From NCBI GenBank assembly GCA_028282585.1, contig JANQHR010000116.1, positions 1 to 45,287 of the forward strand: DNA of 45,287 nucleotides. The letters are read 5' to 3'. The position numbers were made by a program, and so were the translations under genes. Origin of the DNA: Bacteroidales bacterium (lineage in GTDB: Bacteria; Bacteroidota; Bacteroidia; Bacteroidales; UBA12077). Under the pieces are notes generated by a model that saw only the letters and a program-made list of their open reading frames with translations, made no database searches and was not told the DNA's origin. This document shows, in pieces, positions 27,423 through 36,816 of this stretch; the stretch's first letter is position 1; every line of letters begins with the position of its first letter.

Positions 27423-29822
27423 ATGATAAGAAACTATCTACTCAGCGCATTTCGAAACATATTACGACATAAAGGTTTTTCGTTTATCAATATTTTTGGA
27501 TTAGCATTAAGTATGTCTATTTGCATGCTTATAATTGTGGTAATTATCGATCAATATAAGTATGATAACTTCGTTACAAAAAAGGATAGAATTTACCGAA
27601 TTGAAAGTATTAATAACGAAAACAAATCATCAATAAACATATCAAAATACGCTTCAACTACCTATCCTTTATATCACGAATTAGTCAATAACTATGCCAT
27701 TACAGAAGATGTTGTAGTTGTGAATAACAGATTCAACAGGGATGCCATTTATAAAGAAAACAAATTTCCAATTCATGGTTTTTACGCAAGTGAATCTTTT
27801 TTCGATTTGTTCGACTTTGGATTAACTAATAAGTCTTTTTCAAATCCTCTAAAAGAACCATTTTCAATTGTTCTAAAAGAAGATATTGCAAAAAAGTATT
27901 TTAAAGATGAAGATCCTATGGGAAAGTTTCTTCAGATTGATACTTTAGGAAATTTCAAGGTTACAGGCATAATCCCCAAATCAAAAGATAAATCTCAATT
28001 TCAGTTTGAATGTTTGGTTTCTGCCTCCTCAATGCCTGTTCTTGAATCAAGCAATAAAATATCAAAAATTACTGATAACTGGGAAAGATTTTACTCTAGC
28101 TATATCTATATTTTAGTAAATAAAAACGCAAACCTAGAAATAATTACTTCTGCACTTGATAAAATAAGTATTGAAAAATACAAAGATTTAGAAGAGTCAA
28201 ATCTAAGTTTCTATCTAAAACCTTTTAATGATATTGTACCAGGAGATTTTATCGGTAATGAAATTGGCGTGTTTCTTCCGAAAATCTTTATCATATTTTT
28301 AGGCGGATTATCATTAGTTATTATAGTTTCTGCTGCATTTAATTACACAAGTCTTTCGATGGCCCGCTCATTATTGCGTGCAAAGGAAGTTGGTGTTAGA
28401 AAAACATTAGGAGCAAATAGAAAACAAATTATTTTTCAGTTCCTTTCAGAAGCCTTTGTTGTTGCTATTATTGCATTATTATTTGCTATCCTGATATTAC
28501 AATTGATTCTCCCTGGATTTTCCGGTATGAAAATGATGTCGATGTTAGAAATTCAACCGGAACAGGATTTTGTGGTCTACCTCTGGTTTTTTGTTTTTGC
28601 TTTAATAACAGGCTTTCTTTCCGGTATTTTACCTTCAGTTTATATTTCAGCTTTTAATCCAATTAAAGTATTAAAAGGAGTAAGCAATATAAAACTTCTT
28701 AGCAAAATTACTCTGCGAAAAATTCTATTAGTTGCACAATTTGCTTTTTCCATGATCTTTATTATATCAATCATTGCGATTTACAGCCAAATGAATTATA
28801 TGGTAAATGCAAAAATGGGATTTGATAGAGATTTTGTATTTAATATTTGGTTACAAGACAATAATCTTGGGATAGTAAAAGATTATTATAAGCAATTTCC
28901 TGAAGTTGAAAAAATTAGTGGGGCATCACACATCCCTGGTATTGGTAATTTCCGGACTGCCATGGTTAGAGTCAATAGTGAAGATGAAAAAATGGAAGTC
29001 GATTATTTTGCTGTAGATCATAATTATATTGATGTAATGGGACTTGAACTTATAAAAGGATCTAATTTTCCGAATAAATTAAATACAGAAAATGAATCGT
29101 TTATTATTGTGGATAAAAGAATGCTGAAAAGGTTTGATCTTGGAGCTCCAACCGAAGCTATTGGTAAAAGTGTAATTATAGATGATTCAACTTTAGTAGA
29201 AATAATTGGTATTATTGAAAACTATCATTATGCTGCATTGTTTTTACCTCAAAGATCATTAATGCTTAGATACAAACCCGATGAATTCAGATTAGCGGCT
29301 TTAAAGATGGTAGCAGAAAGCAATCCGGAGACAATAAAAAAAATTAAAGATGGATGGGACGAAATAGATAAATATAAGGAGTACAACGGAGATTTTTTAG
29401 ATTATCAAATAAAAGATTATTACGCTTATTTTGAAGATGTACTATATACAGTTGGATTTGCATCTTTACTTGCTATTGTAATAGCCTGCCTGGGGTTACT
29501 TGGAATGGCCACTTATAGCACACAGACTCGTATTAAGGAAATTGGTATAAGAAAGGTATATGGAGCAGAACCAAAAGGTATCGTATATTTAATTTCTAAA
29601 ACTTATTTAAAATTATTTATTATAGCCGCTTTTGTTGCTGGCCCTCTTGCTTATATGATTAATAACATGTGGATTCAATATATTGCTGATCATGCTCCTT
29701 TTGGCTTTGGTGTAGTTTTTATAGGCATTATATTAATCGTAAGTTTTGGAATGTTAACCATAGCCTCCCAAACATTAAAGGCAGCTAACACGAATCCTTC
29801 GCAAACTCTACGTTATGAGTAA
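27423..29822 (+). CDS. ABC transporter permease with duplicated MacB/FtsX domains
   Basis: MIRNYLLSAFRNI...FINIFGL; RAKEVGVRKTLGA and RIKEIGIRKVYGA; C-terminal AANTNPSQTLRYE; ATG 27423 preferred over TTG 27381. Confidence 0.92.
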   Translation: MIRNYLLSAFRNILRHKGFSFINIFGLALSMSICMLIIVVIIDQYKYDNFVTKKDRIYRIESINNENKSSINISKYASTTYPLYHELVNNYAITEDVVVVNNRFNRDAIYKENKFPIHGFYASESFFDLFDFGLTNKSFSNPLKEPFSIVLKEDIAKKYFKDEDPMGKFLQIDTLGNFKVTGIIPKSKDKSQFQFECLVSASSMPVLESSNKISKITDNWERFYSSYIYILVNKNANLEIITSALDKISIEKYKDLEESNLSFYLKPFNDIVPGDFIGNEIGVFLPKIFIIFLGGLSLVIIVSAAFNYTSLSMARSLLRAKEVGVRKTLGANRKQIIFQFLSEAFVVAIIALLFAILILQLILPGFSGMKMMSMLEIQPEQDFVVYLWFFVFALITGFLSGILPSVYISAFNPIKVLKGVSNIKLLSKITLRKILLVAQFAFSMIFIISIIAIYSQMNYMVNAKMGFDRDFVFNIWLQDNNLGIVKDYYKQFPEVEKISGASHIPGIGNFRTAMVRVNSEDEKMEVDYFAVDHNYIDVMGLELIKGSNFPNKLNTENESFIIVDKRMLKRFDLGAPTEAIGKSVIIDDSTLVEIIGIIENYHYAALFLPQRSLMLRYKPDEFRLAALKMVAESNPETIKKIKDGWDEIDKYKEYNGDFLDYQIKDYYAYFEDVLYTVGFASLLAIVIACLGLLGMATYSTQTRIKEIGIRKVYGAEPKGIVYLISKTYLKLFIIAAFVAGPLAYMINNMWIQYIADHAPFGFGVVFIGIILIVSFGMLTIASQTLKAANTNPSQTLRYE

Positions 29823-30024
29823 GCAGGCTTTTTTATTATGTTAAATTTTGGAATTTATAGAACCTTTTAAAAAATCATATGTATAAGGAATTGTGAATAT
29901 TTAATTTTCATTGTTTTTTATGACTTATTAAATCTTTGTTAAGTAGATAAAAAAATAGAAAAGTATTTTGACTTTTTTCTTTTTCTAAATATATTTCGGT
30001 GGTAAAATTTAACGGACCTACAAA

Positions 30025-30369
30025 GTGGCATCAAAAAGAATAGTAATTGATTATGAGAAGCTTCCTGAAGATGTTGTAAACAGGATTAAGATAGAATATC
30101 CAGATGGATTTGAAGAAAATCTGGTAACCTTTACCAATGCTCAGGGCGCTTACGTTTCGGCTTTACCCTTCGAAACTGAAGAAATATATTATTTAGTTAG
30201 AATGACTGAATCCGAGGCCCGACAAATTATCAAAGATGATGAAGATTATGATGATACTGGAAAATTGAGAGATGATTTCGAGGAAGATATTAATGAAGAC
30301 GGGGAAAAATATCTCGATGATAATATGGATGAAGCTGAAAACATAAAAGACGATAATTATAACGTTTAA
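30025..30369 (+). CDS. Small conserved-looking Bacteroidota protein with acidic C-terminal tail
   Basis: GTG start; KRIVIDYEKL...YPDGF...ETEEIYYLVRM then D/E-rich tail; promoter-like TTTG-N19-TATATTTC upstream and its own terminator. Confidence 0.85.
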   Translation: MASKRIVIDYEKLPEDVVNRIKIEYPDGFEENLVTFTNAQGAYVSALPFETEEIYYLVRMTESEARQIIKDDEDYDDTGKLRDDFEEDINEDGEKYLDDNMDEAENIKDDNYNV

Positions 30370-30377
30370 TATTGCCT

Positions 30378-30403
30378 AAAAGATTCTACTCAGAATCTTT
30401 TTT
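30378..30403 (+). terminator. Intrinsic terminator
   Basis: AAAAGATTCT-ACTC-AGAATCTTTT followed by TT. Confidence 0.75.
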
Positions 30404-30437
30404 AATTTAAAAATTAATAGAAATTTAATAAATGTTT

Positions 30438-30479
30438 GCAATAGCTATTGCCTTGAATAATAGTTTTTGCATATCTTTG
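30438..30479 (+). promoter_or_regulatory. MATE promoter with overlapping palindromic operator candidate
   Basis: Perfect palindrome GCAATAGCTATTGC (30438-51) covers TTG (30448-50); 21-nt spacer; TATCTTTG (30472-79). Confidence 0.65.
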
Positions 30480-30493
30480 TTTTGATAAAACAA

Positions 30494-30547
30494 ATGAAGA
30501 TGAAACCAATTGTCTCGAATATTCTGGTCTTTACCACAATCTACTAG
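30494..30547 (+). CDS. Candidate 17-aa leader peptide MKMKPIVSNILVFTTIY
   Basis: ATG with A-rich context just after the predicted TSS; TAG sits at a small AGGTA-TTT-TACCT hairpin; ends 61 nt before the MATE ATG. Confidence 0.4.
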   Translation: MKMKPIVSNILVFTTIY

Positions 30548-30608
30548 GTATTTTACCTCCTAATCAATCTTTTATTAATTATTTGTTTTATCATTTACTC
30601 TTATTACC

Positions 30609-32048
30609 ATGTCATCAAATAAAAAGTTACTATTATTTATAAGCTCTATTAACAGAGAAAAAATTAAATCGCTCTGGAAAGATATTCTTGAATCCATTTC
30701 AGGAACGGATAAAGATTTTACTTCTGAAAAATTGAGTAAGGCCATTTTATTACTCGCAATTCCTATGGTTCTTGAAATGGTTATGGAATCGGTTTTTGCA
30801 ATTGCCGATATTTTCTTTGTTTCAAAACTTGGACCGGATGCAATAGCTACGGTTGGAATAACAGAATCTTTACTAACTATTATCTATTCAATTGGAATGG
30901 GATTAAGTATGGCAACAACAGCTTTAGTTGCAAGAAGAATTGGCGAAAAGAAACCTTATAGGGCCTCTGTAGCAGCTGTTCAGGCAATAATCTTTGGTGC
31001 TGCTGTTTCATTGGTAATCGGAATACCCGGAATCATTTTCGCAAAAGATCTCCTCCGGCTAATGGGAGCTAATACGGAAATAATTGAACACGGAAGTATT
31101 TACACTTCAATTCTTTTAGGAAGTAATATAATTATAATGCTTCTTTTTGTAATAAATGCCATTTTCAGGAGTTCTGGTGATGCTGCTATATCCATGAGGG
31201 TTTTGTTATTGGCAAATTGTACTAACATTATACTGGATCCTTTATTCATTTTTGGATTAGGTCCTATTCCTGCCATGGGAATAAAAGGAGCTGCAATAGC
31301 TACAACAACAGGAAGAGGTATTGCTGTTATTTATCAGTTTTACATACTGTTAAAAGGTAACGGAAGGATTAAGATTTTTAAGAAAGCTATCCGTGTTAAT
31401 TTAAAGATAATGTATGACCTGGTAAAAATATCTTTAGGTGGTATTGGACAATCAATTATAGCAACATCTAGTTGGATTGGGATGGTTCGTATCATTGCTA
31501 TTTTCGGAAGTACTGCACTTGCAGGGTATACTATTGCTATTCGCATTATAATATTTGTGCTTTTACCGTCATGGGGATTAAGTAATGCAGCCGCCACTTT
31601 AGTGGGACAAAATTTAGGTGCAAAAAAACCTCAACGTGCCGAAAAAGCAGTATGGACAACAGGATATGTAAACATGCTATTTCTAAGTATAGTTTCGTTC
31701 ATATTTATTATTGAACCTTACTTTTTTATTCGCTTGTTCATTGATAATGCTGAAGTAATTGCTACTGGAGCAAAAGGATTAAGAATTGTAAGTATGGGAC
31801 TTATCTTTTATGCAATGGGAATGGTTATGGTCCAAGCTTTTAATGGTGCAGGTGACACCCTTACTCCAACTAAAATTAATATTATTAGTTTTTGGATAAT
31901 TGAGATACCGCTTGCTTATTTCTTGGCTACTTCATATGGTTTTAATGAATTTGGAGTTTATATAGCTATAATTGTCGCTGAATCAGTCATGACATTAATT
32001 GCCATGTGGTTATTTAAAAAAGGAAAATGGAAACTACGGAAAGTTTAA
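30609..32048 (+). CDS. MATE family efflux transporter
   Basis: About 12 TM segments; LAIPMVLE, DIFFVSKLG, NIILDPLFIFG, GIKGAAIAT, VGQNLGA. Confidence 0.95.
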   Translation: MSSNKKLLLFISSINREKIKSLWKDILESISGTDKDFTSEKLSKAILLLAIPMVLEMVMESVFAIADIFFVSKLGPDAIATVGITESLLTIIYSIGMGLSMATTALVARRIGEKKPYRASVAAVQAIIFGAAVSLVIGIPGIIFAKDLLRLMGANTEIIEHGSIYTSILLGSNIIIMLLFVINAIFRSSGDAAISMRVLLLANCTNIILDPLFIFGLGPIPAMGIKGAAIATTTGRGIAVIYQFYILLKGNGRIKIFKKAIRVNLKIMYDLVKISLGGIGQSIIATSSWIGMVRIIAIFGSTALAGYTIAIRIIIFVLLPSWGLSNAAATLVGQNLGAKKPQRAEKAVWTTGYVNMLFLSIVSFIFIIEPYFFIRLFIDNAEVIATGAKGLRIVSMGLIFYAMGMVMVQAFNGAGDTLTPTKINIISFWIIEIPLAYFLATSYGFNEFGVYIAIIVAESVMTLIAMWLFKKGKWKLRKV

Positions 32049-32065
32049 TAAAAAACTTGCTTGTT

Positions 32066-32104
32066 TGAACTGCACCTCAAAAGTTGGATACAACATTTGG
32101 GGTG
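32066..32104. mobile_element. Collapsed IS3/IS150-like terminal inverted repeat remnant forming a hairpin
   Basis: TGAACTGCACCTCAAAAGTTGGATA followed at once by CAACATTTGGGGTG; resembles IS3-family ends (5'-TG start); no transposase. Confidence 0.6.
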
Positions 32105-32120
32105 TTTCTTGATCATTTGA

Positions 32121-34019
32121 CTAAGAATTTTCAATCCTGGATTGGGGTAACGTAAAATAAAAGGTAGCTCCTTCATCAGGGACACTTTCTGCCCATATTT
32201 TACCGCGGTTTAATTCAATAAATTCTTTACAAAGCAATAATCCAAGTCCTGATCCGGCTTCATTATTTGTTCCGGCCGTTGTATAAAAATTTCTTGTATC
32301 GAAGATTTTATTAGCTGTTTCTTCATCAAAACCAATACCTGAATCTTTGATAGAAACTTTATAATTTTTATCTTCCTCTAAAACCTTAATATCTATAGAT
32401 CCCCGTCGTGATGTAAATTTTATTGCGTTAGAAATTATATTTCGGAATACTGTCATTATCATATTCTTATCTACAAAAACATCGTAGTTATTTTCCATAT
32501 CAATACTTAGCTTAATTCCTTTAAGATCAGCAATAGTTCTAAATAATTGAACGTTTCTATTAATAACGGTATTTAAGTTGATATTCTCAGGAGAAAAAAC
32601 CACTTCATTTCTCTGACTCTTTGCCCAAAGAAGTAAGTTTTCAAGAAGATCACTTACTGATTGTACCGATTTCATAAAAATGCTAAAAGTTTCAACAAGA
32701 TTTTTGTCATTCGTGATATCTTCATCTTCCAAAAGCATCTCAATTAAAGATTTTAAATTTCCTATTGGACCTCTTAAATCGTGTCCAATTATTAAGAACA
32801 TTTTATCCTTGGTTTTATTAATCCGATCTAATTCCTCCTTCTGTTTTTGTAATTTTATATTTTGATCACGTCTTTGTTTTAAAGAAATCAATACATAAAC
32901 AAACGTTGAGGTTATTAATCCAAGAATTATTAATAATGCTGCATTGTAAGTTCTTGCTTTTTGTAACTCAAGTTTCTGAATTTGTTTGTCTTTATTTAAA
33001 AGATCTATTTCAGCTTGTTTTCTCTGCTTTTCAAATCGATATTCCAGATCAAACATTTTTTCCGAAAGTTGTTGGTTAAACAACGTATCGTTATAAGAAA
33101 TAATACTTTCCAGATTTTTAGATGCTGATTCAAAATTTTTTGTGCTTACATCAATTTCAGATAAAATCTCAAAGTTGTCCCTTATAGTTAATTTAGCTCC
33201 AATCTCCTGAGCAATTTTCATGCTTTCTTTAGCAGTACTTTTTGCAAGAACATAATCTCCCGTTAGTAAATAAGTCTTAGCTAAGTTTGATAAAGTGTGA
33301 GCAACCAAATCTTTATCCGAATCCCGTTCAACAACTTTTAAAGAAAGATTATAATTTTCGATCGCTTCCTCAGTATTCCTAAATTCAAGGTAAATATCTC
33401 CAATATATTTATAGCAAACAGCTTGCCCTGATACCTGATTTATTTCTATTCTCAGATCCAATGCTTTTTTAAAGTTAGCCAAAGCTTCGATGTTTTCTTT
33501 TCGAAGTATTTGAGCCCTACCGATGTTCAAATACACATATGCTTGCATTCTTTTATGATCTAACTTTTCGGCAATTACTTTAGCTTTTTGAAGATTTTCA
33601 AGTGCGTTATAATAATAGCCCTGGTATATATGAAGGTTTCCTATATTAATGTATGCATACCCTTCCTGTTCAGTTTCTCCATATTTTTGTGCCAACTCCA
33701 AACCTTTATAATAATAATCCATTGATTCCGAATAATTACCTAAAATCCTATAAGCAACTCCAATAAAACTATGTGCTTTCGCTAAGTTTTCGAAATCATC
33801 AAAACGCTCTGCAAATTTTATAGCTTCAATACCATACTCGATTGATTTTTGTGGTTCGGAGTTTCTTAATTTCCAACTTAAACTATTTAGAATATCTGCT
33901 TTTGCAGAATCATGCGCGTTAATCAGCTTCTTATATAAGCTATCAACCTCATTCTCGTTAAAAGCAATTGAACTAAAAGATATAAGTAAGATTGCAAAGA
34001 ATAATAAGTTCTTTTTCAT
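32121..34019 (-). CDS. TPR-containing membrane sensor histidine kinase
   Basis: Signal peptide MKKNLLFF; TPR repeats; TM; H-box GHDLRGP, N-box NIISNAIKF, DSGIG, GSGLGL; start at 34019 supported by promoter at 34036-43. Confidence 0.93.
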   Translation of the reverse strand: MKKNLLFFAILLISFSSIAFNENEVDSLYKKLINAHDSAKADILNSLSWKLRNSEPQKSIEYGIEAIKFAERFDDFENLAKAHSFIGVAYRILGNYSESMDYYYKGLELAQKYGETEQEGYAYINIGNLHIYQGYYYNALENLQKAKVIAEKLDHKRMQAYVYLNIGRAQILRKENIEALANFKKALDLRIEINQVSGQAVCYKYIGDIYLEFRNTEEAIENYNLSLKVVERDSDKDLVAHTLSNLAKTYLLTGDYVLAKSTAKESMKIAQEIGAKLTIRDNFEILSEIDVSTKNFESASKNLESIISYNDTLFNQQLSEKMFDLEYRFEKQRKQAEIDLLNKDKQIQKLELQKARTYNAALLIILGLITSTFVYVLISLKQRRDQNIKLQKQKEELDRINKTKDKMFLIIGHDLRGPIGNLKSLIEMLLEDEDITNDKNLVETFSIFMKSVQSVSDLLENLLLWAKSQRNEVVFSPENINLNTVINRNVQLFRTIADLKGIKLSIDMENNYDVFVDKNMIMTVFRNIISNAIKFTSRRGSIDIKVLEEDKNYKVSIKDSGIGFDEETANKIFDTRNFYTTAGTNNEAGSGLGLLLCKEFIELNRGKIWAESVPDEGATFYFTLPQSRIENS

Positions 34020-34035
34020 AGTTTTAGAGTATAAC

Positions 34036-34043
34036 CAAATGTA
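34036..34043 (-). promoter_or_regulatory. -7 promoter element for the histidine kinase
   Basis: TACATTTG on the minus strand, 16 nt upstream of ATG 34019. Confidence 0.55.
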
Positions 34044-34230
34044 TGAAAATATATACAATTTAAACAGATAATAAACAATAATTTACATTCTGATCTTTGG
34101 TTTTTTTAGATACGGATTCTTAAAGTTGCGCCAAATTTATTCTTTTCTTCATTTCTACTTCATAATTATCCTTTAATTTTAAGAAAACTTTGACTAAACG
34201 CTTAATTACTAAAACTAACCAACCATATCT

Positions 34231-35694
34231 ATGATGAAAAAAATAATAGTTATTTCAATACTTTTCGTTGCTACTTTATCATTGTTCGCTCAAAACGAAA
34301 AGTATGAAGTTTATGAACCAATAAAAATAAGGGTTGCAAAAACCTATACTGCTCCGGCTAAACTTTCAGCAGACCTTTTAATTAAAGATAGAAGAACCTC
34401 TTCCAAATCTTATAGCGAAAACATTAGAAGAGCGGTAGCAAATTATGTTAAAGAAAGCTATCCAAGAACTAAGTTTAACATAATCAAGAATTTCAGGACA
34501 GATTTTAAACCAGAACCAAATAAGATACTAGTTAGATTAGACATAATAGATTATTTTGTTGTAAAAAAAAACAGACAATGGATTGCTAAAACTACTATCG
34601 ATGTTGCAGTTGTTGATTTAAGAAATAATAAAGTTAAAAAATATCGGGAAAGAATAAGTCATAAGTCAACCCATGTAAATAGAAAAGGAATTCAATCTGC
34701 TAAATTAGCACTTAATGCCTCATTTAAGATTGTGGTGGTAAAATCGGTTAATTATATTGAGAATTCAATAAAAGGAGTTAATAAGTATGAACTGGTTCGA
34801 CGCGATCAAAGCATTGAATCAATTGTTAAAACTAAAATAGAGACAAAACCAACTACATTCGAGAATAGTAAAACAGAAGAATTAAAAGAATTTGTTTCTG
34901 ATATAGATATAAACGTACCAATTTCCGCTCAAAAGTTTCCAAATCGTTTCGCACTTATAATCGGGAACGAAGATTACAATTCTTATCAAACCGGCTTATC
35001 AAGCGAAGTTAATGTTGAGTATGCTGAACGCGATGCTAAAACTTTCAAAGAATATGCAGAAAAAACCTTGGGAATTCCTAATGAAAATATAGTTCTAATT
35101 ATCAATGCTAAAGTAGTTGAATTCAGTAAATCAATTGAAAAAATGAACTCAGTTGCCAAGAACCTGGAAGGCGAGGCAGAAATCTATTTTTATTATGCGG
35201 GACATGGTTTCCCGGATGAAATAACTAAAGAACCATTTTTAATACCTGTTGATGTAAGCGGTACTGATTTGGAATTCGCTATAAGTTTAAATGATGTTTA
35301 CAAGAAATTTACAGAACATCCTACGAAAAGGGTAACTGTTTTCCTCGATGCGTGTTTTAGTGGCGGTGCAAGAAATCAAGGTCTTTTAGCAGCAAGAGGT
35401 GTAAAAGTTCAACCAAAAGAAAATATATTAAGTGGAAATTTAGTTGTATTTACTGCTAGCTCTGGAACACAATCTTCATTACCTTACCGCGATCAAAAAC
35501 ATGGTTTATTTACATATTACCTTTTAAAAAAATTACAAGAAACAAGCGGAAATATTAGCATGTCTGAAATGGCAGATTATTTAAAAAGACAAGTTTCGGT
35601 AAAATCTATAATGATCAATGATAAAGAACAAAACCCACAGGTTAATATAAGTCCTGAAATAGAAGATGTTTGGCAGGATTGGATCATTAAATAG
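34231..35694 (+). CDS. Secreted caspase-family (peptidase C14) protein
   Basis: Signal peptide ending SLFA-Q; FALIIGNEDY; His motif FYYAGHG; Cys motif FLDACFSG; HGLFTYYLL; EQNP. Confidence 0.9.
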   Translation: MMKKIIVISILFVATLSLFAQNEKYEVYEPIKIRVAKTYTAPAKLSADLLIKDRRTSSKSYSENIRRAVANYVKESYPRTKFNIIKNFRTDFKPEPNKILVRLDIIDYFVVKKNRQWIAKTTIDVAVVDLRNNKVKKYRERISHKSTHVNRKGIQSAKLALNASFKIVVVKSVNYIENSIKGVNKYELVRRDQSIESIVKTKIETKPTTFENSKTEELKEFVSDIDINVPISAQKFPNRFALIIGNEDYNSYQTGLSSEVNVEYAERDAKTFKEYAEKTLGIPNENIVLIINAKVVEFSKSIEKMNSVAKNLEGEAEIYFYYAGHGFPDEITKEPFLIPVDVSGTDLEFAISLNDVYKKFTEHPTKRVTVFLDACFSGGARNQGLLAARGVKVQPKENILSGNLVVFTASSGTQSSLPYRDQKHGLFTYYLLKKLQETSGNISMSEMADYLKRQVSVKSIMINDKEQNPQVNISPEIEDVWQDWIIK

Positions 35695-35876
35695 CTTCTT
35701 CACTATTATACTATTTGATCTTCGATATACTTTTTAGCTATATCAAGATTATATACTTGAATAAATACACAACCTTATTTTGTTAATCTTATCAAACTTT
35801 TGGCAAAATTTTGTGTTTTATTTTGTAATATTTTATCGAAATTGCACACTAATTTAAAAAAATCAAAATCACTTAA

Positions 35877-36797
35877 ATGGAATTACTTAGAGCACAAAAC
35901 ATTGAAAAAAAGTTTGTTAATCATCTTGCTTTAGACAATGTAAATGTAACCATTCCTGAGAACAGTATTTACGGACTGTTAGGTCCAAACGGAGCAGGAA
36001 AAACCACGTTAATAAGAATAATTAACAGAATAACCGCACCTGATAATGGTGAAATTCTATTGAAAGGAAGACCATTGCAGCCGAGTGATGTAAATCTTAT
36101 TGGATACTTACCGGAAGAAAGAGGTTTGTACAAAAAAATGAAGGTAGGTGAACAGGCTTTGTACCTTGCTCAATTAAAAGGACTTTCAAAAAGGGATGCA
36201 TTAAAAAGGCTTAAATACTGGTTCGAAAAGTTTGAAATTCAACCTTGGTGGGATAAAAAAGTTGAAGAACTTTCAAAAGGTATGGCACAAAAAGTTCAGT
36301 TTATTACAACTATTTTACATGAACCTGAACTACTAATATTTGATGAACCTTTCAGTGGATTTGATCCTATTAATGCCAACATGTTAAAAGAAGAAATTCT
36401 TGAACTAAAGAAAAAAGGTTCTACCATAATATTCTCAACACATAATATGGGTTCTGTTGAAGAACTTTGTGATCATATTACTTTAATAAATAAATCAAAA
36501 AATATCCTTGAAGGGCAGATTGATGATATTAGAAAAAAATATAAATCAAATATTTATGAGATCTCTTTTAATGGCAATGTTGATAAGCTTGAAAGATCAT
36601 TAAATGAACATTATGAATTAATTGATAAAACAAAAGTGAATGGTAATGATGCAGTTCGAGTTAAACTGCTTCATCAAACTAATGAAAATGAACTATTATC
36701 ACTTATAATACCAGCAATTGAGGTTTTATCATTCAATGAGATCATTCCAAGTATGAATGATATTTTTATTAAGGTAGTAAATGAACATAAAAATTAA
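35877..36797 (+). CDS. ABC-2 type transporter ATP-binding protein (NatA/YhaQ-like)
   Basis: Walker A GPNGAGKT; YLPEERGLY; LSKGM; Walker B LLIFDEPFSGFD; STH. Confidence 0.95.
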   Translation: MELLRAQNIEKKFVNHLALDNVNVTIPENSIYGLLGPNGAGKTTLIRIINRITAPDNGEILLKGRPLQPSDVNLIGYLPEERGLYKKMKVGEQALYLAQLKGLSKRDALKRLKYWFEKFEIQPWWDKKVEELSKGMAQKVQFITTILHEPELLIFDEPFSGFDPINANMLKEEILELKKKGSTIIFSTHNMGSVEELCDHITLINKSKNILEGQIDDIRKKYKSNIYEISFNGNVDKLERSLNEHYELIDKTKVNGNDAVRVKLLHQTNENELLSLIIPAIEVLSFNEIIPSMNDIFIKVVNEHKN

Positions 36798-36816
36798 CAC
36801 TCGAAAATAACAAAAC

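Noticed and set aside
34231-35694. Caspase as part of an anti-phage system (gasdermin, CHAT/Craspase, Avs)
   Set aside because: It has a signal peptide, and no gasdermin, STAND NTPase or cas gene is nearby.
35715-35752. Imperfect inverted repeat after the caspase gene
   Set aside because: AT-rich stem with a long loop and no clear T tract; too weak to call a terminator.
35801-35815. Sigma54-like TGGCAAAATTTTGT before the ABC ATPase
   Set aside because: The -24/-12 spacing is off by one nucleotide, which sigma54 does not tolerate.
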